Part shown: positions 22,467 to 33,800 of the stretch, in pieces
Position numbering within the stretch: the stretch's first letter is position 1
Layout of the letters: the number at the start of each line of letters is the position of its first letter
Assembly: GCA_964036045.1 (NCBI GenBank)
Contig: OZ038378.1
Span: 13,144,001 to 13,208,000 of the forward strand
Length of the DNA: 64,000 bases
Origin: Eutreptiella sp. 'Long Island Sound 2002'
Taxonomy: Eukaryota > Protista > Euglenida
Reading direction: 5' to 3'
Translations under genes and position numbers: made by a program
The notes under the pieces: generated by a model
Database searches by the model: none
What the model was told of the DNA's origin: nothing
Seen by the model: only the letters and a program-made list of their open reading frames with translations

Positions 22467-24816
22467 AGGTGCAAACCCGTTTTGGAAAATGTGGAGAAAG
22501 GAGCAGGGTGTTGCCAAGGGGGCACACAGGGGGCATACAGCAGGCATACAGTGGGCGGCACATAGAGGGCATGCATTGGGAGTTAGCAGTGCAAAGCTAC
22601 AATGACGCGGGGCACACAAAAGCACAGCAGCCAGCTAGAGCACAAAAAGTGCCGGTCTGTTCCACCCACAAAGAATTGCACAGACTGTCTGGTGTGGGCT
22701 AGAAAGGCAGGACCGGTTCCCGCACAATATCCTCAGCCCTGCTGAAGATGGAAGTGCGAGAAGAAGTGTGTCAAAGGGCAACTCCATGCAAAGAAATGGA
22801 ACAGAGGAATGCAAGGGGTTGCTCCCTGTCCACCTCAACTTTGGCCCAGGGCGGCGGCCGTTCTAGCAGCGATATTTAGGCAGCAGGGCACACAGCTTGT
22901 GTGGCATCTAATCCAACACAATGGCCGTCCCTTGCTGGATGGTGCTTGCGCCAACTTCAGGCCCTTGGAGATGCATCTCTCTCTGCCCATGCTGTCCTCT
23001 AGTCCCATCTTCAGGTCACGCCGTTGGCAAGCGGTGTTGGAAATATTCCTGTCTGGAAGATGCCTGCGTGCCGCAGAGTTGCTTGCACATGGCACCATGC
23101 GAAAAAGCGGTGTGTGCCAAACAGCGCATTGCCAATCACAAGGTTCGGGGGCCATGATCAATTATCCATCCAACGCACAACCAGCATCTGCACCAGTGGC
23201 TGTAGCACTGCGAAGCACATCTGCCTCTGCATCTGCCTGTCAACCCAAAGTCCGTGTAAATTGCCGCCCAGCACTCCAGCATTGGACAGGCGGGATGGAT
23301 TCATCAGGCTGTGCTTCGTCTGATATCGAAACTGTGAGACGCACACAAAGCGGTTATCTTGTCCATATCCACATATATCACGTGTTCGACTCGACAGGCC
23401 TGGTTGCCGGCGGTTCTACAGAGACGCCGCTCACACGTTTGGGCATGGCGGCCCATCATGTAGAGGGGCTTTTTCTGGGGTTGTCACATCCGCTCACATG
23501 GATCATTGGTCATACTCCACAAACCAGGCTGGCCAACATCCAAGCCCCAGCCGAGCTCCGGCCAGTCAGCAAAGACCACTTCAGCACGCCAAACCCCCCC
23601 TGGCGCAAATACCAGCAACAGCAGCAAAACTGACGGGAACATCAATGAGCGTACATTGGACAAAGCCCAGGGCTGCTACGCGCAGGCTTCGAGCCTTGAA
23701 AAAGACCTAATAATAAAGGAACGGCTGCCACTGTCTTGGCGAGGACATTTGGCCAACCTGACTAGTCGTTCCCCTACGCCAAGGCCTTTTTGGGTGTGAG
23801 TGTGCATACTTTGTGAAAATCCTTAACTTGGGCGTTTGAATGTGATTGGGCTCAGGCTCGACTCGAACCGCCAACCCATTTTCCAACCTAGTCCCATCTG
23901 CTGTGCTGCAGGCACCACAGATACTGCTGTTCCTTGCACCCTTTCGGTGTTGTGAGCACCCCTCCAGACGTGCATCCGATGAAGAGATCGGTTGCACATT
24001 GCTCGCAGAATCAGCAAGCAATTCCTTCCAACTTGCGAAGCATGCATGATTTGAATCAGGCCGCCAAACTTCAAGACCCTGGCAGTCTCCATGGGACATC
24101 CGGCTCACTGAGCCGTGTGTGTGGGGTGTGTGTGTGCTAAATATGTAATGGGCGCCTTTCCGTGGTCATCTTAGAGCATTGGGAAACTTTCCATGCAGCA
24201 TCCGTCGATTTCGTGCATTTTACCTCAAACTCCAATTTTTACAATGGTGGTCCTCCTGTTGGAACCACCACAAATCCCGCAGGCCTCAGCCAATAATTCG
24301 GCTACAATTCGATGTACCCCACCATCACTTTGCCCGAAGGCACTGCCTTTATCTGAATCCAAACATCAACTGGTGCACTGGCGCGCGCAGCAGGACGTGC
24401 ACTTACAGGCAGCCTACACTTCGATTTCACCCCCGACGCGATGGTGCACTACTGTACTGTCACTGCCCGCTCCATGCGACCAATGGAAACATAAGAGATA
24501 CCCTGTCGCCAAATCGCAGCGGCGCGTTTCATCCCAGACAGCCCCCATCTCTCGCCAGGCCTTCAGTCTGCCAGTGCCGGGTCTGACGACAGCCCTTCAG
24601 TGCTTTCGTGCTGTCCTGAGTGGACAATGAGGCAAACTCTCACCTCAGCACTGCCCCGAACTTGCATCTGCATTCCAAATATCCCATTCGCTGGTTTCAG
24701 TCATGGCTGAGAGATTAGGACATGATGAGGCGCTGCTACTGCACTGTCAACACCCTCCGAGCTCTGGTGCAGTCCTGCTTGGACTCTGAGTCACACCGGC
24801 CCCCCTTGTGCCCTCG

Positions 24817-27021
24817 TCACACATCATCTTGGTCTGATTCATCGGGCCCCCTATCTGAGGCCTGTTCAGCCTGCAAAGCCTCAAGGGCTTCTCGGGCAGC
24901 TTCCTGCTCGGCCAATTTCTTTCTGTTGAAGATGCGGCCTTGGAATCGCTGGGTCCCTCCGTCACTGGTCTTGATCTCCAGCGATGCCCGAAACCGCTGT
25001 GCCGACAGGCTCTCGACTTGGAATTGCACCACGACTTCGGGGTCGCGCTCCCTCAGCCATCGACAAAGGAGACCCTTCCAATTGGGCGCTAGAAGCGTCA
25101 ATGCCCTCGCTCGCGCCGCATGGCACACGGCGGATGTGTCGCTCACAGCCCTTTCTGTGGGTCGGTTGTTGCGATCCAAATACCCCAGCTTGACCATTTG
25201 GACCACAACCACGAAGATGAACCAGCGCTTCTCCTTTTCGTACGCAGGAAGCGCATTCCTCGGCATCACGTCATCCATCGCGAGGCCACCCCAATATTCC
25301 TCAACGTCACTCAAAGTCACGACTTGATCTCCGTCCGGCGATGGGTAGCCAACCTCCACCAACTTTCGGCAGATGGGTGTGGGCTTGGCGCAGGGCGCAG
25401 TCTCTTTCAGCTTAAACAACACCTTCTCGATGTCGACGGACAATTTCATGGTCTTATTATAATACTCGCAAAAAATGGTCATGCAGTTCTCGAAAGTGAC
25501 ATCGTTTCCATCCGGCTGGACGTGCGGGTATAGCTCCGTCGAGAGGACCGCAGGGGGGGCTATGGGCCCCGGTTTCACGTCGACGCCGATGTTTTGCAGG
25601 TGCTCATACAAGGCCTTCGTTACCCAAGCATCAGCAGCCGCGTAGCTTATCTGCCGACGGCTCACTTGCATGAGTGAGGCCCGTACCGCTTCCGCATCCT
25701 GACCTGCTTCACTGCAGGCCAACGTCCCTAGCGCTCCGAACGCCTGGGCACATCCCTTGTCTTTGTCAAGCGCTACACCCTTCATTTTGGATGCGAAATC
25801 CACGAGGCCATAAGGCGCCCTCCTTGCCATCAACCCCATCTCCGTCGAATAGCGCTGCACGTTCACCCAATTCCACACCGGCGCGATGGATTTGAGGACC
25901 CTCCATTCGTCGTTTCCAAAGATTACCTTGACGATTCTCCGATCGGATAAAAGTTGGGCCAATCGGCCATCCCTCACCCCTTTACGGTCGCGTGCAATGA
26001 ACACGTAAACCCTACAAGACGTGGCCACTTGCACCAACAACGGTGGCCGCACTTCAATGCACTCCGAGTCCAACGCAACAAACCCGCTTTCCTTGGCCTC
26101 ATGAAGCATCGCGCAAAAGTCCTCCTCCGATCGGATCACACAAATTTCCGGCGGTCGGAACGCAGATCGCATCAGAACGCGTGGCTCAAGGGGGGGCAGC
26201 AAGGGAAGCAATTGCTCCGCCAGGTCTCGCGTGGCTTGTCTGTAGGTTGCACCAACGCCCACGATTTCTTGAGCCTTTGATGGGATGTCAGGATGGGGTT
26301 CCTCCAACCTACAACGGCACACTCTCCCCTCCCATTCGTATTCGTAGTTGACGTGGCCCCAGCCGTCCTGTTGGAAAATCGTCGCCACCGCTCTCGTGGC
26401 ACAAATGGGTACATCGACCCGGTTTTGTGGTTCGGAGGACGGATCGAGGATGGCGGCCATCGTCCACCGCCGCGAATTCCACATCAATAACAAAACAAAC
26501 AAGAACGAACACCCGATGGCCCGCATAGTCCAGTGACCCGTGGCATAGATCGGGGTGCGACCCGTGTTCGCTTCCCATGGCCCATTGGTTTGTCTATCAG
26601 CACCCCGGTCGGCAAATGTCGAGTGTGGTGGCACAATTGGCACTGCCTTGTCTCCATGGGAAATTGTCGGCAGGGTCCGTGGGACTGAAAATGCCTCTGG
26701 TTGTGATTGTAAGGCAACATGTGGGCCGGCCCAACGTCCGGCGCGACCAAGGGCCGGCGGCAAATGACGAAGTGACGAAGGCGGCGAAAAGAGATTGAAG
26801 CTGCGCTCACCGGGTGCTTGCATGGTTCCTCGAGCCGAACTCCACGCTGCTAGCACAGCCAATGCTACCAGAGAGACCCACATCAAATGCCACTTTTGGG
26901 GAAATCGTGGATGGCGGTCATCGGCGGGATTGAGTGTGCGACATTGCGTCAAAGTGTTCATGTCGCATTCTACGAGCAACAAGGGTAGCATCGTGTTTGC
27001 AGCACGATTGACCGGCATCAT
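24817..27021 (-). CDS. Putative plastid-targeted DEDDy 3'-5' exonuclease (WRN-exo/RNase D-like) with dsRNA-binding-like domains, up to 734 aa, intronless
   Basis: ExoI FVALDSE (D318/E320), ExoII KVIFGNDE, ExoIII QISYAAADA. C-terminal dsRBM-like segment (RFRASLEIK...FQGRIFNRKKLAEQEAAREALEAL) and a degenerate one at aa ~208-275 (IVGVGATYRQATRDLAEQLL). The N-terminus has a hydrophobic segment (aa 44-60), a S/P/A/R-rich linker, a second hydrophobic segment (aa 168-181), then NSRR and MAA. The start could be the ATG at 27021, 26991 or 26961. Confidence 0.9.
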   Translation of the reverse strand: MMPVNRAANTMLPLLLVECDMNTLTQCRTLNPADDRHPRFPQKWHLMWVSLVALAVLAAWSSARGTMQAPGERSFNLFSPPSSLRHLPPALGRAGRWAGPHVALQSQPEAFSVPRTLPTISHGDKAVPIVPPHSTFADRGADRQTNGPWEANTGRTPIYATGHWTMRAIGCSFLFVLLLMWNSRRWTMAAILDPSSEPQNRVDVPICATRAVATIFQQDGWGHVNYEYEWEGRVCRCRLEEPHPDIPSKAQEIVGVGATYRQATRDLAEQLLPLLPPLEPRVLMRSAFRPPEICVIRSEEDFCAMLHEAKESGFVALDSECIEVRPPLLVQVATSCRVYVFIARDRKGVRDGRLAQLLSDRRIVKVIFGNDEWRVLKSIAPVWNWVNVQRYSTEMGLMARRAPYGLVDFASKMKGVALDKDKGCAQAFGALGTLACSEAGQDAEAVRASLMQVSRRQISYAAADAWVTKALYEHLQNIGVDVKPGPIAPPAVLSTELYPHVQPDGNDVTFENCMTIFCEYYNKTMKLSVDIEKVLFKLKETAPCAKPTPICRKLVEVGYPSPDGDQVVTLSDVEEYWGGLAMDDVMPRNALPAYEKEKRWFIFVVVVQMVKLGYLDRNNRPTERAVSDTSAVCHAARARALTLLAPNWKGLLCRWLRERDPEVVVQFQVESLSAQRFRASLEIKTSDGGTQRFQGRIFNRKKLAEQEAAREALEALQAEQASDRGPDESDQDDV

Positions 27022-28559
27022 TACAAATCAAATGGACTACATGACGTGCATCTAAACGATAAATGTGGGTGCCAATGTGACCACGGACACCACGGGGAAA
27101 CCACTTGGTCGCCACGTACGAGCCATTGCTAAGTGCAACCTCCCATTGGCTGGAGGTTGTGGGCTCGGTACTTGAAACTAGGCAGCTCGTATTTCTTCTC
27201 CGCCACATATGAGGTGTTGAATTCTAGTCACAGAAACATAGCATCAGGTGATGTCTGTAGCGTTAGCGCAATATCCTTCAACGGCGCTCTTTTGTAGTTT
27301 ATAGTGATGCACACCCGTGCCGCACTCCCACGACCTGTGAGTGCTTGAAGGGCTAGTCGTTCTTTGTTGAGTTGCTCAAGTGCCCGTCTTGTGTCGCCAT
27401 GTGCATGAGAGGACATAACCATCCTAGCCAACCTCTTTGGCGGCGAGCGGCACCTCCATCTAACGGGTAACACCCCAAATTTTGGGTCACATGTCACCTT
27501 TTCCTTGCAAAGACATGTTGGGGTTTTTTTGGGGGTGCCGGACTTGGATAATCATTTGACCACTACTGATGCACAATTGCACATTTGTCACTTTTTATGC
27601 CGTGTGTTACCGATTGGTGTTACCCACTTCTGTGGCGTCATGCTACAAAATCAACATTTTGCGCGGTAACAGGTACACATAGTAACACCCCCGGGAACAC
27701 TTGTATTAACACCATGAAACCTATCCAACGCGAAAACTTAACATTTAAAATTTTTGTCACAAATTTCTTGCACAATTATTGCGAAAGTTGCGGGTGCATA
27801 CCACCTCATTGTGTCTTTTTTTGTCTTGTTTTGCTAAGCCAAAGGGTCCCGCCACTCCATTCAAGAACTTAAAAACGCACGGGGACTTGGATTTGGGCTA
27901 TTTGCGTCATAAATGGGTTGAGGGTAACTTCACCGTGCATACTTAGCCCCCCCCTTGGGGAGGACCTATAATCAACTTTTGGGCATTTTGACCCCCTTTT
28001 CTGCCTCTGCGCCCCCCCCCTAGCTCCTTCTCGTCCATACCCCTCTCTAAAGGCACCACAAGGCACACAAACAGTAAACAAGCACAAAGCAAGGCAAGGA
28101 GGGATCAATTTGCAACTACTCACCCACTTGGGACATGAGTTGAGGCTTTTCACATTGAGTCGTATGACGTCCTGCAGCTCTGGATAGCTGTTCCGCCTAC
28201 GTCGAATCATGTGCTTAAGCACATCTACAGTTAGCTTGGAACATAGCCATGCGCATTCAGCAAAGCAAACATCCCTCTCCTTCACTCATTGCTTCGTCTC
28301 CTTTGCATGGTTCTCGGTTAGTGCCAGCGGGCAATGCAATACTGCTTATGGTTGTTGGCAACCCTCTAATCGCCTCCTACGTGAACGCCTCCAAGAGCGT
28401 ATTTCGCTGTGGGAACAAGAAGTTCTCCAAGAAAGACTCCTATCTATATGGAAGACCCACGTTATGAACTCTGAGCTGGAGGATGACTCACGTGAATGTG
28501 AGTGTCAAAAAACTTACCAGTGCACATGTGATTCCTATGAAAACCTGGAGAGTTTGTAG

Positions 28560-30700
28560 CCATGGGCATTGCTTCCTTCACCTCCTCATCACAAGGTGCC
28601 CATAAGAGCTACGCTTGCACGTTACAAGAGCAGCAATAACAAGGCAGCGTCCGTTGCCATCAGTCAAGCAGCAAGCGTATAAACCGGAAAATAGTCACAC
28701 CCCATCGCAAATCCCAAGCAACTGCACTCCCTCTAGCGAAAACATTTACCTCGGCTTGGAGCTTTGCAAGTTGGCTTAGAATCTCACCTTTCACCTCCTC
28801 TCCCTTAGTACCCCAGGTGCCCTTGGTCCGTGTTGGGATGGCGCGCCGATGTTCAGTCTATGTGTGCACCATTGCAAGGGTCACTTTGGCCGACTCCCCC
28901 CAAATGCACAGAGACGCAACATAGTCCTTAGTCAAGAGGTGCCCAAGGAGTTGCCTTTGTCAACTCAAGATTGTGTCACTCATTTGGGTGATATGTGGGA
29001 CAACATCTTCCAAAATGTGTCTTGTGATGCAACAACGTGTACGGCCAAGGGACTTAAGCGGGTTGTCCCATGCGACTAACTCCCACGACCATGATATGAA
29101 ACTGGCCACCTACAACGTCCCTTAAGTTGGCAACGTCCTTGAAGCAACCTTGGCAAACATCAACGTCACCAATGACATAGCCCAGAGCCATCACCCTCGA
29201 TCTCAGGCAGGAATCAGGATTAACATACCAGGATTCGTACGTTGTTGAAGCAAATCTGAGGCATTTGGGTGGGAGGTGTCACAGAAGATGGAGAGAATGG
29301 AGGAGGGAAAAGTTGGTTGGGCTTGTGCCTCATTTTAGGGGTGGAAGGCAGAACACTTTTACCAACCTCAGGCCAGCACTTACGGCAGCAAGGGTAAGCA
29401 CCGTTGTGGGCACTATAATGATTTTGAAATTCTTGCCTCAATTCACGGGAGTAGACTACTTGCCTTCTTGCAAACCTGCATTTGGGAGCAAGTAGGGGCA
29501 TCAAGCAAGACATGAAGCATTCTTTACCAGAACAGATTCACCGAACAGTGCCCAAATTGTTTGCCGTGCCTCACTTCCCGAGGAAACTCTCCTTGAACGC
29601 CATCAAGCTAAAAAACAAAAAATAGTTGTGCAGTTTTGGTTGCAAGAATCACAACCCGTCACAACAACAAGTGTCGAAAGTGCGAAACATACAAAAAACG
29701 ATACGACCTATCCTTTGGGCTCCAAATACAATGTGTCGACACTACCAAACCTCGCTCAACACTTGCAAAACACAATTTCCTGCGTTACATGCATCGCACC
29801 GAAATCGTACCACAGATGCAGAATGAGCGACTCATTACGTTACGTCGTCAAACAAAAGTGATATTCGGCAACAACAAAAAGGTCCATCTTGCGCATGCGG
29901 AGGAGGCTTGCGCGTGCGTCACCTACCAGGGGTGTTGGCCTACCACGTCGACTGGACCATTGCCGGAAGTTACTTTTTTTTGGTCACTTTGGGCTGTTCG
30001 CCAACACTTTCGTAAAATTTCTCCGTCGAACTGGGATCCGGAATGACCTGTGGTCATCCCCAAGTTGGTATTGTAAGTGTTGGCCCACCCACCCCGTCCT
30101 CCATGCCCAGGTTTGTTTTGTTTGCTTTGCATTGCGTTGAACGCTGCTTCTAAATGCCGAGCTAAGTTGTTGATGTCTCGCGACCACTTGATCCCAACCC
30201 TTCGAAAAGTGACCAACGCTCAGAAGCCAACGGTCCATGCCGAACGACGATCCAAAACGTTGATTATGGTGTGTGATTCGTGTGCCTTGCCATCAAGCAT
30301 CTCTTTGCTCGTACTACCCCGCTCTATTTGAAAGCGTCATCCGATTATTATGGAGTCTTTTGGTTTTGTTTGCTTTGCCTGGCGTTGAAAGCCCATGCTC
30401 CAACAACCCGCTTTCCGCGTTTCCGGCATTGCTCATAGGACGACGTGCCTTCGCGAGTGTGCACTATCCGCATTACGGGATCAGAGTGGCTCTCGGCCGA
30501 GGTGATCAACGAGGTTTTGGCGAAGAAGTTCCACTGGTTTGGTGATTTGATGGCTTGCCCTGAAGACCCAAACGCAATGGCCGTGTGTGTGGACGTGGAA
30601 TCTTTCGATGAGTTGTTCATGCACACTTCCTTCCGTGTTTACGGTAAAGTTACCGTGCACGGGTATGTTCCTTGGGCCCTCGCGTCGTCCAATGTGTGAC
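28560..30700 (-). pseudogene. Heavily degraded coding-like relic of unknown (probably transposon) origin
   Basis: Short protein-like minus-strand pieces (DNPLKSLGRTRCCITRHILEDVVPHITQMSDTIL; GTKGEEVKGEILSQLAKLQAEV; HYSAHNGAYPCCRKCW) with many stops. Confidence 0.2.
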
Positions 30701-30759
30701 GCGTTGAATTTCGCGCATATGGGAACCGAAAATGGCCCGGAAATACGTCGCGAGAGTAT

Positions 30760-30844
30760 TTCTCAAAAGACCCCTAGGGAAGGAGAAGCGAGTTGAATCT
30801 AAAATAAAGCCTAGTTTCGCCTTCCCAAGGGGTCCTTTGGAGAA
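30760..30844. repeat. Imperfect ~24-bp inverted repeat (hairpin)
   Basis: ttctcaaaagacccctagggaagg (30760-30783) vs ccttcccaaggggtcctttggagaa (30820-30844). Confidence 0.75.
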
Positions 30845-33800
30845 AGCAAAAATTTGGCTGGTTAGTTGGCTAGCAAGGGCAGCTGGGTAGCTAGTTGGGG
30901 TGACTAGCCGGCAGGGTTAAGCCCTCCACCCCCCCCCCCACTCGGACCCAATTCTTGCCCACAACATACAACATACACAACATACCCACAACAACACATA
31001 CTCACATACTATCAAAAATAGTACACCAAAAGTCACCCTTTGCCTACTTGCAAATGGTTGGCCAAAATCTTCGGATGTGTTGCTACGTCATAACATTGGG
31101 AGGCGGTCGTAGGCGATGGGCAGCCCCCAAGGGTCCTAAAGTAGGAATGGTTCATGCATTGGTGGCTCCACAGCACTCCTCTGGGTGTACCACAAGTGTA
31201 CCACTTGGTGCATGTGGCTGCGCAATTATCCCTTTTCATCAGCACCCCTAATGGTCGAGGATCAATTTTGGATTGGATCAGAAAAAACCTTTTTTGACCC
31301 ATTTTTGACCAATTTTTGGTCCCATTTTCAAGGCCCATTTTCAAGGCATTTTGGCATTTTCGGAGAGCCAAACCCGGCCACCACCGGCTCAAATCGGGCC
31401 AAAAACACTTGTTTGAGCATCCCAAGTGGTCTAGGAACAACTTTGGAAAAATCGAATCTTTTTTGCCCCGGGGACCCTGGTGGACCCATGTGGGGCCCTG
31501 GCCAGTCTGGGCCCGGGTTGCCCTCTCGCCCCACCAAGTGACCATTGGTACGGGGGTGGTGACGATGAAGGCATCTTTTGGTAATGCCTAATGTGTAGGC
31601 CTTCCGCGCCACTTTTCATTGGTGATGCAAGTGCGGTTCCGAAAGAGGGCCTAAAAATAGTGTCATGCCGATTACGCAAATTCATCCGACACCCATGGTC
31701 GAATGGATGTCATCGCTAGGTCACCTTGAAGATACGAGTGTATTACTACACCCCTCTCCCTTAAATCTAGCAAGACAAGCAAACAAGCAACAAGCTAGCA
31801 ACACTTCTCTTTTCCGTTTTGGCCATTCCTCCGTCCCAACGCATCGGGCTCTACTCTACTCTAGCCATCTTATACCTTGACACATGCCCTTCCCAGATCC
31901 AAAGTTTGAGCCCCAAACTCACCAGTGGAGCCCTAGGGTGCACACGTCAAGTTAGAAAGTGCCCTCCCAAATCTGCGTTTCAGGCCCAAAAGGGCCGTAT
32001 CTTGGGCTACGGGGCTCAAATCAGAATTCTGAGGGCACCTAGTCCACCCGCAAACCCCCACTTTTTGTGGTTTCCAACCATCGCAATCACCCACCGAGAT
32101 CGGGCCCCCCTGTGTATTTGTGGCAAGTTGGGTTCGGATCAAACATTTCATCATATTTGTGGCAAGTTAGGTTCGAACCAAATATTTCATCGGAATCCTT
32201 CAAACTGAAGAGCGCTTTGTAGCTTCCGATTGCACTCAAGCCGCGGGGTTAGCATGATGCAAACGAACATCTTCATTCATTCCACCGGTTCACTTGATAC
32301 AATAGAAAACCCGCATCACTTGAAATTGAAGCGGGAGGGCCAAACATTTGATGGAAGTAGGATGGGTGTTATGAGCAAACATGAGGCACCAGGTTTAGGG
32401 GGACACCTATTGTGAAGGGGGAGGGGTGAGGCTTAATCTAGAGCGTTTGAAGCAAACTTGTAAATTGTGTGTTGCAAACCAAATATCCTCAACCGCCACA
32501 ACTGCTGATTGGTAAACTAAGAATCATCTTTTTTTGATGCCCTGGCCGGTAGTTGGTATCAAAATTTTACGCACATCCATTACGCACACACGTGCAGCCG
32601 TTCCCATCGCAAAAGTATGCCATTGCAAAGGTGCGGTTCCCTTCTTGGACCACTTTGTAGACGGGATGCACGGACCGGCAAGCTCTTCCCGTTGGTTCCA
32701 GCCACTTGGACAAACAACCGTCCTACCCGGTCCGCGGTGCCGCGGCCTACGCCTCCTCAGCACAACACGCAGCCTCCGCCGGAACCTCCGCCTCAATCCT
32801 CATGCCCCGTGCCTCCAAGCCCAAGCTTCCACCCGGTGCCAGAAGTGCCCCGCTCTCTTTCGGAGCCATCGTTTGCGCATGCGAATGCGCGCATTCATGG
32901 TGATCACCCATTACCACATCTGAGTGCCCAAGCACAAGTCAAAGCCCGGTCAACAATCCCTTTGACGGAGGACGCACTGCGGTCATGCCACAACCAAGAG
33001 GTATCATTGATTTTGTGATTTTGTGAAATTCTCAGCTAGGATCTTTCGGTGTACATGCTTGTGTGGTGTGCCATTATGTGGCAATGTGGTGCTACTACAT
33101 GGCCGCAAATCTCATATGTTAGTACCGCCACCTCACCGCTCACCTTTGTTGCCAAAGACCGGCATGGTTGCCATTTGAGAGCCCACAACGGGCACGGGAG
33201 TTGGGCTAGAACGGGGTCGTTTTGCTACCACAGTGCCGTAGGCCTTAATAGCGACGTGGATCTTAATCGGCCCCTCCCCTCTTCGCTGTTGCAGTGTGGT
33301 CGGCCTTGTTACGGCCGTAGGCACGCATGTTGCCATCAAGCACTTGGCGTAGTTGCTATTTTAGAGCTACAGGCATCGCAAAGTGCGGAGACGTTGGGTT
33401 GGAACGCGGCGTGTTTGTGCAGGCAAGTCAATGAGGGAGGGTGGGACAGAGGGAGGGTGTTGGAGTTGGAGTTGGAGTTCGTGGGAAAATTGCACTTGAC
33501 ACGGTGTGCTCACTGCCTGCCCAGGTACCCTCACCGCGGCGATCCCTCCTCCCCCCCTCCCTTCATGCACGCACCATTACGATCCATCAACTCCCTCCGG
33601 AGCGAGGGATGGATGCGGGCATGCAGAGGCCGAAGGAAAGACGTGGTGGTAAATATTGTGCCCTTAATTAAGACTTGGGGGGAGGGGCGTTTAAACTGTT
33701 GCAGTTAGCACACCGTTTCCCACCCAATGCCGGGGCACATGTCTCGATGCATCCTTTGAAGAAAGTTTCTCCCCTTCATTTGGGGAGAGTATTACGGGCA

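Noticed and set aside
21905-22702. Long SL/RE-repeat ORFs (223, 202, 141, 123 aa)
   Set aside because: Translation of the (GA)n microsatellite.
22809-23633. 274-aa ORF as a gene
   Set aside because: No recognisable domain, non-ATG start in the track and mixed composition; may be TE debris but cannot be supported.
23851-23880. tRNA/SINE B-box (GGTTCGAGTC on the minus strand)
   Set aside because: The T-stem does not pair and no A-box or cloverleaf is found.
24722-26536. Plus-strand ORFs antisense to the exonuclease gene
   Set aside because: Antisense shadows with no independent support.
27590-30920. piggyBac ends (GGGTTAA at ~30915, GGGTTGA at ~27915)
   Set aside because: Both are in the same orientation and no matching TTAACCC partner was found.
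33133-33340. Protein kinase (VAIK motifs)
   Set aside because: Isolated 4-residue matches with no Gly loop, HRD or DFG.
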